Assembly: GCA_050261115.1 (NCBI GenBank)
Contig: JBLNCY010000057.1
Coordinates: 32,001 to 96,000 of the forward strand
DNA length: 64,000 nt
Reading direction: 5' to 3'
From: Methanocella sp.
GTDB taxonomy: Archaea > Thermoproteota > Bathyarchaeia > Bathyarchaeales > Bathycorpusculaceae
Program-made: the position numbers and the translations under genes
Notes under the pieces: model-generated
The model's input: the letters and a program-made list of their open reading frames with translations, nothing else
Told to the model about the DNA's origin: nothing
The model's database searches: none
Shown here: positions 1 to 9,540 of the stretch, piece by piece
Layout of the letters: every line of letters starts with the position of its first letter
How positions within the stretch are numbered: position 1 is the stretch's first letter

Positions 1-6
1 AATGGT

Positions 7-390
7 TTGGAACGCAGAGACTTTGACCGCGCAAACGTCATAAAAGAGGAAATTCGGCAGCAGGAGCACCGTTTCCTAGCTGTATATGTGGAGGCAAGAA
101 ACAGCATCATGATTATGCTTAGTGAAAGGGAAGATCGGCTTGGCACTATGGCTATTGCGGTTCCTAAACCCCGAGACATGGTGGGCGCCGTTACCTCTTC
201 GGTGCTTGTTGGCGATAAACATGTTATCTCTGCGCGCATGTTCGCCGAGTACGTTGCTTCAAAGAAAGGCAAAATCGCCATGGTTTCAGTTTACCTTGAC
301 AAAGTCAGCGAGATACAGGCGCAGGAATTCTTTATGCACCTAATTGACAAAGTAATGAAAACAGACAGTAAAGAACCCACCACAGCATAA
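7..390 (+). CDS. Proteasome assembly chaperone PAC4/PSMG4-like protein
   Basis: 127 aa. The pattern NSIMIMLS..LGTMAIAVP..VTSSVLVGD..SARMFAEYVASKKGKIAMVSVYL parallels PAC4 (SLFLWVG..LxxLAVAM..STSLLGD..LAQRLARKTxKQVFVSYNL). Recognised by eye; start uncertain at the window edge. Confidence 0.55.
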   Translation: MERRDFDRANVIKEEIRQQEHRFLAVYVEARNSIMIMLSEREDRLGTMAIAVPKPRDMVGAVTSSVLVGDKHVISARMFAEYVASKKGKIAMVSVYLDKVSEIQAQEFFMHLIDKVMKTDSKEPTTA

Positions 391-404
391 CCGACTGGAC
401 CATT

Positions 405-899
405 ATGCACATCCAGAAATTATCTGATGCCGACTTAGAAGCCATTTACTCAATAATTAACGAAGCAGCAGAAGCCTACAAGGGCAAAATCCCCCCTGAC
501 TGCTACCATGAACCTTACATGTCCCAAATGGAACTCCAAAATGAAATATCTGCAGGCGTACAATTTTACGGCATTACTCACGAAGGGAAATTAGCTGCTG
601 TTATGGGAATCCAACCCGTCGGCGACGTCACCCTAATCCGCCATGCCTACACCCTGCCTAAGTATCAGTCCCATGGGCTAGGAAGCCAACTCCTGCGTTA
701 CCTGCTTAGTTTAGCAAAAACAAGGTGCATTCTTGTCGGCACATGGCAAGTCGCATCCTGGGCAATTCGCTTCTACCAAAAACACGGGTTTATCCTGCTG
801 TCTAGAGAAGAGACAAATAGGCTTCTTGGCAAATACTGGAACATCCCAAAGAGGCAAATCGAAACCTCCACGGTACTTGAACAGTGGCACAATCCATGA
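405..899 (+). CDS. GNAT family N-acetyltransferase
   Basis: Acetyl-CoA motif A (YTLPKYQSHGLGSQLL) and AIRFYQKHGF. Confidence 0.85.
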   Translation: MHIQKLSDADLEAIYSIINEAAEAYKGKIPPDCYHEPYMSQMELQNEISAGVQFYGITHEGKLAAVMGIQPVGDVTLIRHAYTLPKYQSHGLGSQLLRYLLSLAKTRCILVGTWQVASWAIRFYQKHGFILLSREETNRLLGKYWNIPKRQIETSTVLEQWHNP

Positions 900-1951
900 A
901 AACCCTAATCCTCAAAGTAGACCCAAACAACCCCGACAAGACGCAAATCCAAATCGCAGCAGACATCATCCAAAGAGGCGGTTTAGTGGCTTTCCCAACC
1001 GAGACCGTGTATGGGTTAGGCGCAAATGCGCTGGATGGCGATGCAGTGCGGCGGCTCTTTGAAGCAAAAAAGCGCCCACTCGATAACCCACCCATAGTTC
1101 ATGTCACTGAGGCCTCGGAAGTTTATTCACTTGTAGCAGAAGTCCCGCCGAAAGCTGAATTGCTCATGAAACAATTCTGGCCAGGTCCCCTTACGCTGGT
1201 TTTCAAGCGCTCAAATAATGTGCCCAAAGAGTCAACGGCGGGATTAGATACCATTGCCATCCGAATCCCAAAACACCCCATAGCACAAGCGCTCATCCGA
1301 CAAAGCAAACGCCCAATCGCGGCGCCCAGCGCAAACCTCTCAGGCAGACCCAGCCCCACCACAGCCCAACACGTCTACAGCGACCTAAACGGACGCATAG
1401 ACGCCATCATCGACGGTGGCGCCGCCAACATAGGCGTCGAATCCACCGTAGTCGATTTAAGCTGTGACCCACCAGTGCTGCTTCGGCCTGGCGGAACACC
1501 CTTTGAGGCACTTAAAGCTGTGTTGGGCGATTTGCGGCTGCATCCTTTTGTTGAATCCGAAATGGAAGTGCCGCTAGACCAAGCGCGCTCGCCAGGTATG
1601 AAGCATAAACATTACGCGCCAAACGCCCAAGTTATCCTAGTAGAAGGCAACGTGGAGGCAGTTATGTCCAAGATTAGGGAGCTTACGGTTGATTATAAAG
1701 CAAAAAAAGCCCAGGTCGGGGTCCTAGCTACAGACGAAACCATAGCAGCCTACACTGCTGATGTGGTTAAATCAATGGGCAGCCGCCAAAACCTGTCTAC
1801 CGTCGCCGCGAGCCTTTTTGGACTGCTACGGGAAGTGGATGCTTTAGGCGTTGACGTAATCATCGCCGAAGGTGTCCCCTTGGAGGGGTTAGGCTTAGCT
1901 GTAATGAACCGCCTACGCAAAGCCTCCAACTACCACATCATAAAAGCATAG
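896..1951 (+). CDS. sua5: Threonylcarbamoyl-AMP synthase Sua5 (YrdC + SUA5 domain)
   Basis: VAFPTETVYGLGA, KKRPLDNPPIVHV, PSANLSGRPSPT, SPGMKHKHYAP; ATG at 896 overlaps the upstream TGA (ATGA). Confidence 0.96.
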   Translation: MKTLILKVDPNNPDKTQIQIAADIIQRGGLVAFPTETVYGLGANALDGDAVRRLFEAKKRPLDNPPIVHVTEASEVYSLVAEVPPKAELLMKQFWPGPLTLVFKRSNNVPKESTAGLDTIAIRIPKHPIAQALIRQSKRPIAAPSANLSGRPSPTTAQHVYSDLNGRIDAIIDGGAANIGVESTVVDLSCDPPVLLRPGGTPFEALKAVLGDLRLHPFVESEMEVPLDQARSPGMKHKHYAPNAQVILVEGNVEAVMSKIRELTVDYKAKKAQVGVLATDETIAAYTADVVKSMGSRQNLSTVAASLFGLLREVDALGVDVIIAEGVPLEGLGLAVMNRLRKASNYHIIKA

Positions 1952-2851
1952 CTATTTGCGTAGGGAAGCCAGCAAGTCCTCGAGGTTGATTTTAGCTACT
2001 CCGACCACGCTGTCAGCGGCGCCGTAGTAAACAAATAAATCATCGCCGATGACGACGTTACCACAGCTAAACACTACGTTAGGTACCTTACCGAAGCGTT
2101 CATAGTCCCGTTTCGGCGCCAAAATTGCTTTCCTGGACCGATAAAGCACCCGCTCTGGGTGGTCTTCGTCAAGCAATATAATCCCCAGACTGTACAGTCG
2201 TTCTGTGCTTACGCCATGGTAAACAAGCAGCCAGTAATTGTCGATTTTAATGGGGGTGCCGCCTGCGCCGAGTTTCCAGTTATCCCAGCCCCGTGCACGT
2301 GGCAGCATCATGGATTTCAAATCACACCAATGCTCTAGATCCTCTGAGTAGGCGATGCAGATGTCGGGTTCGATGCGGTGTATCATCGCGTAGCGCCCGT
2401 CGAATTTCTGGGGAAAAATCACTGCGTCTTTATTTCGTATTCCTGGGAACGGGAGCTTGCGGGGCGTCCAGTTCCATCTTTTTGCCAGGAAATCGGCTTT
2501 TTTTATCGTTGTTAGTGCAATTTGGAAGACCATCAAGTGGCTGTATTCTCTTAGCGCCGTGTAGGTCATGACTAAGCGATCGTCGATTTCTGTTATGCGG
2601 GGGTCTTCTACGCCATCTTTTTCGCAGGCCGCTTTGGGCTCAAACACGGGCTCGGGTAACCGTTCGTCTATGTGGACGCCGTCTTTGGAAGTGGCATAGC
2701 CGATTCTTGAGATGTCATCGTTTCCTATAGCTCGATAGAGTAGGTGTACTTTGTTGTCTAGGTAGACGGCGGCGGGGTTGAATACTTCTCTGGATTCCCA
2801 TGGGTGAGCTTCTATGGGTCGAAGGATTGGGTTACCGACGTAGCGCTGCAT
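1952..2851 (-). CDS. GH130-family glycosidase / mannoside phosphorylase-like
   Basis: NPIL..WES..VFNPAA, GVEDPRIT, NKDAVIFP, YHGV, GKVPNVVFSCG, YYGAAD. Confidence 0.88.
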   Translation of the reverse strand: MQRYVGNPILRPIEAHPWESREVFNPAAVYLDNKVHLLYRAIGNDDISRIGYATSKDGVHIDERLPEPVFEPKAACEKDGVEDPRITEIDDRLVMTYTALREYSHLMVFQIALTTIKKADFLAKRWNWTPRKLPFPGIRNKDAVIFPQKFDGRYAMIHRIEPDICIAYSEDLEHWCDLKSMMLPRARGWDNWKLGAGGTPIKIDNYWLLVYHGVSTERLYSLGIILLDEDHPERVLYRSRKAILAPKRDYERFGKVPNVVFSCGNVVIGDDLFVYYGAADSVVGVAKINLEDLLASLRK

Positions 2852-2860
2852 GGTTAATCC

Positions 2861-3274
2861 CTATAACGCAGTCGCTAAAGGTGTCTTGATTCCCAAGATC
2901 TCGTCGAAGAAGCCCCGTAGCGAGAATAATCCGATTAGTTTTCCTGTGGCGTCGGTCACTGGGAGGTGCCGTATGTCATGTGAAAGCATCAAGCGTTTGG
3001 CTTCGTCAAAGGAGGCGTCGTGAGAAATCGTCACAACGTGCCTGCTCATGACTTCACTAAGCGGGCGATCTACGGGGTGCTTGTTAGCCATCAATCGAAT
3101 AGCGTCTCGCTCGGTAAATATGCCGATGCATTTCTGCTCGTCATCCACAACTACCACTGACCCCACATGGCGTTCGTATAGTAACGACAATGCTGCCTGT
3201 ATAGAAACATCCTCTTTAGCGGTGACGATTTTTTTACACATCAAATCTTTGACTTTAAGCATGGGTTCACACAT
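2861..3274 (-). CDS. CBS-domain pair protein
   Basis: VKDLM..VGSVVVVD..GIFTERD and VMS..IRHLPV..GKLIG. Confidence 0.9.
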   Translation of the reverse strand: MCEPMLKVKDLMCKKIVTAKEDVSIQAALSLLYERHVGSVVVVDDEQKCIGIFTERDAIRLMANKHPVDRPLSEVMSRHVVTISHDASFDEAKRLMLSHDIRHLPVTDATGKLIGLFSLRGFFDEILGIKTPLATAL

Positions 3275-3326
3275 AATTAACCCTCACAAAAGCAGACTCT
3301 AACCAATATAACTCAGTGGCTACAGC

Positions 3327-4367
3327 TTAAATTCTCTTTTGGTTACGAATTTCCTCAAGCTTTAGCCGTGCCAGCAGATAAGAAATTGAGGATTCCGCTC
3401 CCTGATTTCTGTTAACCGCCTCCGCCCCTAATCCATCATAGCAGCCGCCAGTCTGCACGTTATACATGACAATTTTACGGCTGTTTTGACCCAAAAACCA
3501 CCCAAACACCCTATCGGCCAATGTGAGATACTGTGTTTTGTTGGTGGCATAGTAAGCGTCGACTGTGGCGTCCACCATCGCTGCCGCCTCTAGGGGCTGT
3601 TGATCATATAGGGGTCGATTCCCGCCTCGTTTGAACCAGCCGTCGTTCCCGATTGGCACAAAATAACCGTCGATCATCTGGGTCTTAGTCAAGAAATCCA
3701 TAGCGTCCTCTGCTACTTCTAGATATTCGGGTTTTTTAACTATCAAATAAGCCAAAAACAACGCTTGGGCTAGGCGAGCGTTGTCATATGTCAGGTGAGG
3801 TTCAAACCAGTGCCAGTCATCTTTGGTTTGGTCGCGGAAGTTCTGGACCATTAGATCTGCGAGTTTTTCAGCGGACTCTATGATTTCCTTATTTGGGGCA
3901 GCTTGATTGTACTCATATAAGCCTGATATAGTTGAGGAGTAGAAGCGCATGGAAATCGACTTGAAAACCCAAGGAAGTGCGCGGTCAAAGATGTCTTTTG
4001 CGACTAAACGCATGTCTTGGGGGAGTCTGCTGTTTATGGCGCATCCGCATGCCCAAAGAGTCCGTCCGGCTGAGTCTTCGGAGCCGTCTACGTCAAGGAA
4101 AGTGCGTTCGTAGCTTAGGTAGTTGTGGAAGTTGCCGTCTGGCTTCTGCATATGATTTAGAAACGACAAGTAGACTTTTGCCAGCCGCTCCATACTGGGG
4201 TCTGAGTAAAGTTTGTGGTATTTTACGGCTGCAATCAGGGCGCGGGCGTTGTCGTCGGTGGTGTAGCCTTCGCCTCTTTTGGGGATGCAGAATTTCGCAT
4301 GCTGAAAGACCCCCGTATCGTCGGTGAAGTCTCTGAGGTAATCGATTTTTAAGTATGGTAAGCGGAT
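3327..4367 (-). CDS. Glycosyltransferase-associated (alpha/alpha)-barrel domain protein, normally the C-terminal half of a GT4 fusion; start non-canonical or reached by frameshift
   Basis: The frame stays open upstream of the track ATG (4193) and encodes LPYLKIDYLRDFTDDTGVFQHA..GYTTDDNARAL. Later motifs: WFEPHLTYDNARL, DQQPLEA, GGCYDGL, NQGAES. No ATG/GTG/TTG upstream in frame; ATC at 4367 follows SD-like GGAGATGA. Confidence 0.8.
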   Translation of the reverse strand: MRLPYLKIDYLRDFTDDTGVFQHAKFCIPKRGEGYTTDDNARALIAAVKYHKLYSDPSMERLAKVYLSFLNHMQKPDGNFHNYLSYERTFLDVDGSEDSAGRTLWACGCAINSRLPQDMRLVAKDIFDRALPWVFKSISMRFYSSTISGLYEYNQAAPNKEIIESAEKLADLMVQNFRDQTKDDWHWFEPHLTYDNARLAQALFLAYLIVKKPEYLEVAEDAMDFLTKTQMIDGYFVPIGNDGWFKRGGNRPLYDQQPLEAAAMVDATVDAYYATNKTQYLTLADRVFGWFLGQNSRKIVMYNVQTGGCYDGLGAEAVNRNQGAESSISYLLARLKLEEIRNQKRI

Positions 4368-5575
4368 TGTACCTTCATCTCCGATTGCGCTGTTAATTGA
4401 TCGAAAAGTGTTAGGTACTTTTTTGCAACTATAGGCCAGGTGAAGTTTCGACTGTAGAAATAGGCCTTTTGCTCTAGGGATCGGCGGAGTTTTTGGTCTT
4501 CGATGATTTCTGTAACTTTTTCAGCGATGGATTGTGGGTCGTTGAATTTGCAGAATACTCCACGGCCTTCTCCAAGCGCTTCTTTTGCATGCAGATAGGG
4601 TGTGGATACTACCGCTTTTCCTGCGGCTAGTGCGTAGGATAAGGTGCCGCTGCTCACCTGATTAGGTGAAAGGTAAGGCGTAATATACACGTCAGTTGCT
4701 AGCAGGTAATTGTATATTTCCTGTTTTGAGAGGAAACGGTTTAGGAACCTAACATGGTTACGTAACCCGAGGTCTTTAGCCATCTTTAAGAGCGAGTTTC
4801 GGTAAGCTTCGCCCTCATGCTTCTTTACCTGTGGATGTGTTACGCCGAGCACATAATAGATAAGGTTAGGCTCTTTTTTTATTATCTCCGGGAGCGCTTG
4901 GATGACGTTTTCGATGCCTTTGCCTTTGCTTAGCAACCCAAACGTTGAGAGCACCACCTTGTTTTGTAAGCCTAAAGTGGGTTTTGCCTTGTAACTGGGC
5001 ATAAAGGGCAAGTCTGGGCAACCATGCGGAATTATTGTAACTTTTTTTGACGGAACCCCATATTGTTTAACCAGATCACGCGTCGTCTGATTCAAAACAA
5101 CGATTGCCGTGCTTTTTTCAACTACTTCATGAAACACCTCTTTTGCCCGATCCTCAAAATTCGGGAGCACGGTATGAAGTGTAGTGGCTACTGGCCTGTT
5201 TAGTTTATCAAGGAAACCGCAAATGTACTCTCCAGCTTCCCCTCCGAATATGCCGAATTCATGCTGGATATTAACCACATCTACGGAGGATTGATTAAGG
5301 AAATCTGCCATCAGCAGGTAATCTTCCAAGAAGTCGCGCCCGATTTTGTGTTCAAAGCCTTCAAATGTTGGTTTAAACAGGCGGCGACCATCGATGGATA
5401 TCACTCTCTGATCGCGTAACTGGTTTAATTGGTTTATCGCATTTACTAAGTCGGCAGTAAACGTGGCTATCCCGCATTTTCGGGGCGGGAAAGTGCTTAC
5501 ATAAGCAACTTCCTTAACGCTAGCCAGCTTGGGGCTGCCTAGAACATACTTTGCCAATAACAAATCACGAACCAA
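4349..5575 (-). CDS. GT4 family glycosyltransferase
   Basis: STFPPRKCGIATFT, QHEFGIFGG, FGLLSKGKGIE, QVSSGTLSYALAAGKAVVSTPY; TTG start. Confidence 0.92.
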   Translation of the reverse strand: MVRDLLLAKYVLGSPKLASVKEVAYVSTFPPRKCGIATFTADLVNAINQLNQLRDQRVISIDGRRLFKPTFEGFEHKIGRDFLEDYLLMADFLNQSSVDVVNIQHEFGIFGGEAGEYICGFLDKLNRPVATTLHTVLPNFEDRAKEVFHEVVEKSTAIVVLNQTTRDLVKQYGVPSKKVTIIPHGCPDLPFMPSYKAKPTLGLQNKVVLSTFGLLSKGKGIENVIQALPEIIKKEPNLIYYVLGVTHPQVKKHEGEAYRNSLLKMAKDLGLRNHVRFLNRFLSKQEIYNYLLATDVYITPYLSPNQVSSGTLSYALAAGKAVVSTPYLHAKEALGEGRGVFCKFNDPQSIAEKVTEIIEDQKLRRSLEQKAYFYSRNFTWPIVAKKYLTLFDQLTAQSEMKVQSAYHT

Positions 5576-5655
5576 TTAGGAGGATTTATTGCGTTTAAGG
5601 ACATGTGATTGTCATTTGACAGTCACAACAGGCGAAATTAGATCTATCCTCGCTA

Positions 5656-5667
5656 GAGGTTTATATT
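5656..5667 (+). promoter_or_regulatory. Putative BRE/TATA promoter for the GH130 paralogue
   Basis: GAGGTTTATATT ~45 bp upstream of ATG 5710; same form as the boxes before psmA and rps13. Confidence 0.5.
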
Positions 5668-5709
5668 TTACCTGCACACAGTGGTGTTTCAAGAAGGGAG
5701 AGGGGTTTA

Positions 5710-6603
5710 ATGAAACGTTTTGCACATAATCCCATATTAGAACCAATCAAGTCTAACCCTTGGGAAAACCGATGCGTGTTTAACGCTGCAGCAATTTACC
5801 ATGACGGCTTAGTAAACATCGTTTACCGAGCACAAGGAACCGACATGGTCTCAAGACTAGGCTTAGCAACATCAAACGACGGTTTCACCATAAACGAACG
5901 CTTAGACACGCCAATCTTTACGCCGATACACCACGCTGAACGCGACGGCTGCGAAGATCCACGCTTAACCGTAATCGGCGACGAATGCATCATGGCCTAC
6001 ACAGCATACCGCAACCACGATTTCCCAGTCATTTTCCAAATCGCATTAACATCCATAAATCTCAAAGACTTTGCCAATCGCAACTGGAACTGGAAAGAAC
6101 GCAGTCTTCCATTCCCAAACGTCCGCAACAAAGACGCAGTCATCCTACCTAACAAGGTAGACGGCAAATACATGATGTTCCACAGAATCGAACCCAGCAT
6201 CTGCGTATCCTACTCAGAAGACCTCAAACGTTGGCACGATTTCAAATCCATCATGGAGCCACGCGACGGCATGTGGGACAGCAAAAAAATCGGTGCGGCA
6301 GGAACACCAATCGAACTCAACGAAGGCTACTTATTCATCTATCACGGCGTAGACGAACAGAAACGCTACTCACTTGGCGCAGCTCTGCTAGACAAGAGTA
6401 ACCCGGAGAAGGTTCTTTTCCGCTCAGACGAACCCATCTTAACGCCATGCGAACAGTACGAATGCGTCGGTGACGTCCCAAACGTAGTGTTTAGCTGTGG
6501 TAACGTGCAACTTGATGATCAAGTTATCGTCTACTATGGCGGAGCAGACACGGTTCTCTGTGGCGCAAGCTACGAGTTAAACGAGTTGCTCCCCAAAAAA
6601 TAG
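5710..6603 (+). CDS. GH130-family glycosidase / mannoside phosphorylase-like (paralogue of 1952-2851)
   Basis: NPIL..WEN..VFNAAA, GCEDPRLT, NKDAVILP, GDVPNVVFSCG, YYGGAD; colinear with the 1952-2851 protein. Confidence 0.88.
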   Translation: MKRFAHNPILEPIKSNPWENRCVFNAAAIYHDGLVNIVYRAQGTDMVSRLGLATSNDGFTINERLDTPIFTPIHHAERDGCEDPRLTVIGDECIMAYTAYRNHDFPVIFQIALTSINLKDFANRNWNWKERSLPFPNVRNKDAVILPNKVDGKYMMFHRIEPSICVSYSEDLKRWHDFKSIMEPRDGMWDSKKIGAAGTPIELNEGYLFIYHGVDEQKRYSLGAALLDKSNPEKVLFRSDEPILTPCEQYECVGDVPNVVFSCGNVQLDDQVIVYYGGADTVLCGASYELNELLPKK

Positions 6604-6832
6604 GCAACGTCTCTGCTTAAGGTATGGTTCCCTTAAGCAACCACCTTTTTGTTTTGTTCTATCTTTAGCGTATTCTGTTGGCATGGAATTGTAGCCACAA
6701 ATTGTTAAATCAAGCCAGCAAATCCAGTTATAATGTAACCTATCATAAGTCACGACTAAACAAGCGCAGCTTTGAGTACTACGCCTACGGTTTTTGGTCA
6801 TTCAATGGTGATTGATAGGGAGGTGAACCGAG

Positions 6833-7393
6833 ATGTCAAAAGCTTACAAGTATGAAACAAGTGACGAAGGCACAACAGACTTCATTAAAGACTTGACGGC
6901 TAAAGCAAGCGTTAATGAAAAAGAATACCAGGAGAGAGTCTTGGAGGATGAAGCAATCATGGATTCAGATGAGCCCGATTGGTCGTCACAAAATCAATCG
7001 CCATTGACTGGCCATATGGCAGGCTCCATGGAGGAGCTTGAACGTATCCAGAGCTCCGAAAACATGGCTGCCGCTGAGGTTCACCAATGCCTTAAAGATT
7101 CTCTTGATTGCTACCAGACCTGTACAGAAACAATAATCCGATGCATCTCAATGGGCGGCAAACATGCTAAAGCTGAAAACATTAATTTGCTGATGGATTG
7201 CGCTAGAATCTGTAACACTAACGCCGACTTTATCATGAGGAATTCAACGTATTATCCTCAGATTTGCGGCATATGCGCTGATATCTGCGATGAATGCGGA
7301 GACGAATGTGACAAGTTCGATGACGACTTTATGAAGGAATGTGCAAGCGCATGCAGACGCTGCGCTGAGTCATGCCGTGAAATGGCAAGATAA
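6833..7393 (+). CDS. Four-helix-bundle Cys-rich copper-storage protein (Csp3/DUF326-like) with acidic N-terminal extension
   Basis: 15 Cys in CxxC/CxxxC spacing in the C-terminal ~105 aa (DCARIC..ICGICADICDECGDEC..ECASACRRCAESC); SD GGAGGTGA upstream. Confidence 0.85.
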   Translation: MSKAYKYETSDEGTTDFIKDLTAKASVNEKEYQERVLEDEAIMDSDEPDWSSQNQSPLTGHMAGSMEELERIQSSENMAAAEVHQCLKDSLDCYQTCTETIIRCISMGGKHAKAENINLLMDCARICNTNADFIMRNSTYYPQICGICADICDECGDECDKFDDDFMKECASACRRCAESCREMAR

Positions 7394-7436
7394 CCCAGTT
7401 ATTGCTATTTTTGGTTGGTGGGAGGTGAAATATTTT

Positions 7437-7913
7437 ATGCAAGAAGAGATTCGTAGAGAACAGGAAAAGTTGAGAGACAATGCAACAATCTATGACTTAC
7501 TAAAACTTGAGCATAAAGACGTAAAGAGGCTTTTCAAACAGATTGTTGACGAGGAACGGTTCCAGGAAAACATTTACAGCCAAATCAAGACGGCGCTAAA
7601 GTTGCACATGTCTGGTGAGGAAAAGCTACTCTATCCAAAGCTCGAAAACAATGCAGAGACACGCACATTGACTTTGGAATCCTATGAGGAGCATGATGTC
7701 GGTAAAAAAGTCATGAATGACATTGATAGCTCAACAGATATGGAGGACAAGTTTGCCAAGTTGAAGGTTCTCAGTGAAGCCATCGATATGCATGTTGAGG
7801 AGGAGGAAGGTGAGCTTTTCAAGAAGGCAAAGCGGGTTCTTTCAATGGAAGAAGAGCGTGAGATTGCTCGTCAATTCATGGATATGAAGCTGGCGAATAT
7901 GAATAACCGATGA
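7437..7913 (+). CDS. Hemerythrin-like (HHE cation-binding) domain protein
   Basis: LLKLEH..LKLHMSGEEKLLYP..EEH..HVEEEEGELF; ATG 7437 preceded by SD GGAGGTGA at 7421-7428. Confidence 0.88.
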   Translation: MQEEIRREQEKLRDNATIYDLLKLEHKDVKRLFKQIVDEERFQENIYSQIKTALKLHMSGEEKLLYPKLENNAETRTLTLESYEEHDVGKKVMNDIDSSTDMEDKFAKLKVLSEAIDMHVEEEEGELFKKAKRVLSMEEEREIARQFMDMKLANMNNR

Positions 7914-8130
7914 TGCAGGTAGACAGCTTCCCTAATTTTTTCTAAAGTCGCCCATATATTAATATTTTCATGACAGCCCAACCCTTTAGTGAAACCTACG
8001 CCAAAGCGTATCACTCAATAAAGAAAAAAACTTGCCACTAATCAACTGTGCAATCCTGCGTAAATCCCATATAAACATTGCATCATCCCGACGCTAAGCA
8101 GAACAGACCGCAGATATTGCTTCTGGCAAG

Positions 8131-8169
8131 TTATATATAAAGGGAGGGGGGTCCTTGGCAAAGCAAGAG
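8131..8169 (-). repeat. Dispersed intergenic element, copy 1 (partial)
   Basis: TTATATATAAAGGGAGGGGGGTCCTTGGCAAAGCAAGAG matches the reverse complement of copy 2; ~16 bp beyond the aRF1 stop. Confidence 0.85.
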
Positions 8170-8185
8170 CGTCCAGTGAATCTTT

Positions 8186-9454
8186 TTACTGTATCTTAAA
8201 GCGGAGGAAAGCAGCGATACCGCCAAACGCGTTAAGCAGCATCTGTCCCTCCTCTGTCTCAGTTGATATGACTTCCACCTCAGCGTTAGTCAGCTGCGAC
8301 AAATCCGCGATGTCATCCACAATCTCTTTTTTGTCAACGATTGTATATGAGGGCGCTTTACATCCACCGCAGGGTTTTGTGCTAAGTCCCTGTTCGAAAG
8401 CCTGCATGTCTTTGCCCTTAACTGTGTGCTGCTCCTCAAAGTTGCACGCGCCACATCTGATGGTGACCCGATACAAGTCAAGCTCTTCAGAGAGCAACAC
8501 GGTGCGTACGGCGCCGCTGTTCATGTATCGGCGTACCTCATTTTCGCCATAAGTTATGAAGCCGCTGTCATGGCCGACTTCATAGAGGAATTTCTGCATA
8601 AGCTGCTTCTCCTCTATATAGCGGACTTTTTTCATGATTTCAGGCGCTTTGTCAACAACCTCTTTAACGCCCTGCTCTTCCACATAGGCAGTGTCCACTA
8701 CATCAAGGATCTTGTTTTGCAGTTGATAATTTAGAAATGCGCCCTTCTGGAAATCATACTTTGTCGGGCCCGGACCACCCAGAATGATGCCCTTTAGGTT
8801 CTCCATAGGCAAAAAGACGTCGTTAGCGTGACCCGCTACACGGGTAAAATACTCGGTAAGCTGCATTTCACGTAAACGCTCATAACGCCTCGCTGACTGA
8901 CCACCCGCCCGTGTTTTGCCACCTACACCGCTATGCATCTGCATAACAATGTTTAGATGCTTACCCTGCAACGTAGCAATAGTGGCGTTGCTTGCATCCA
9001 CAAGTAATATACCGTAGGCTTCTTTCTCGCGAAGCATCTCTTGCAGGTGCTCAGTATGGAAGCGGCTGTCACATCGATAAAGAAAAATCCTGATAGGCTC
9101 AGGCGGAATAATAACATAGGATTCCATACGTTCCGTTCCGGGTCCACCGCCGGGCTGCGGCAGGGCGCCAGTGAAGATTACGATGCCGTGTTCACCGGGG
9201 TCTTTGAAGAGTTTGAGTTTCTGTTGCGCCTTAACGATGGCGTCAAGAACGTTTTTGCGGGTGACGTTGGATTTAATGTTGCTTGCAGTACCATACTCGT
9301 TTCGAAGAAGGTTAAGGGCGTCGCTGATCTGCTTGTCAGGTGGCACATAGATGGTGATGAGTTCAGTATGGCTGCCTTCTTTGGCGGCTAATGCGTTGAT
9401 GGTTTTTCTTAACCTGAATAGCTCAAGTGAGCTTCTTTTCTCTGTGGTACTCAA
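8186..9454 (-). CDS. prf1: Peptide chain release factor aRF1
   Basis: TASNIKS, YRCDSRF and GGQSARRYER motifs; CxxC..CxxC Zn-ribbon insert in domain C; TTG start. Confidence 0.97.
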   Translation of the reverse strand: MSTTEKRSSLELFRLRKTINALAAKEGSHTELITIYVPPDKQISDALNLLRNEYGTASNIKSNVTRKNVLDAIVKAQQKLKLFKDPGEHGIVIFTGALPQPGGGPGTERMESYVIIPPEPIRIFLYRCDSRFHTEHLQEMLREKEAYGILLVDASNATIATLQGKHLNIVMQMHSGVGGKTRAGGQSARRYERLREMQLTEYFTRVAGHANDVFLPMENLKGIILGGPGPTKYDFQKGAFLNYQLQNKILDVVDTAYVEEQGVKEVVDKAPEIMKKVRYIEEKQLMQKFLYEVGHDSGFITYGENEVRRYMNSGAVRTVLLSEELDLYRVTIRCGACNFEEQHTVKGKDMQAFEQGLSTKPCGGCKAPSYTIVDKKEIVDDIADLSQLTNAEVEVISTETEEGQMLLNAFGGIAAFLRFKIQ

Positions 9455-9540
9455 AGCGTCTTCACTGAAAGATGTTATAATTCAATACTCTACGTTAAGA
9501 TGAGGAAAATAAAAGTTCCTACTCCAAGAAAGGAGGCGGG

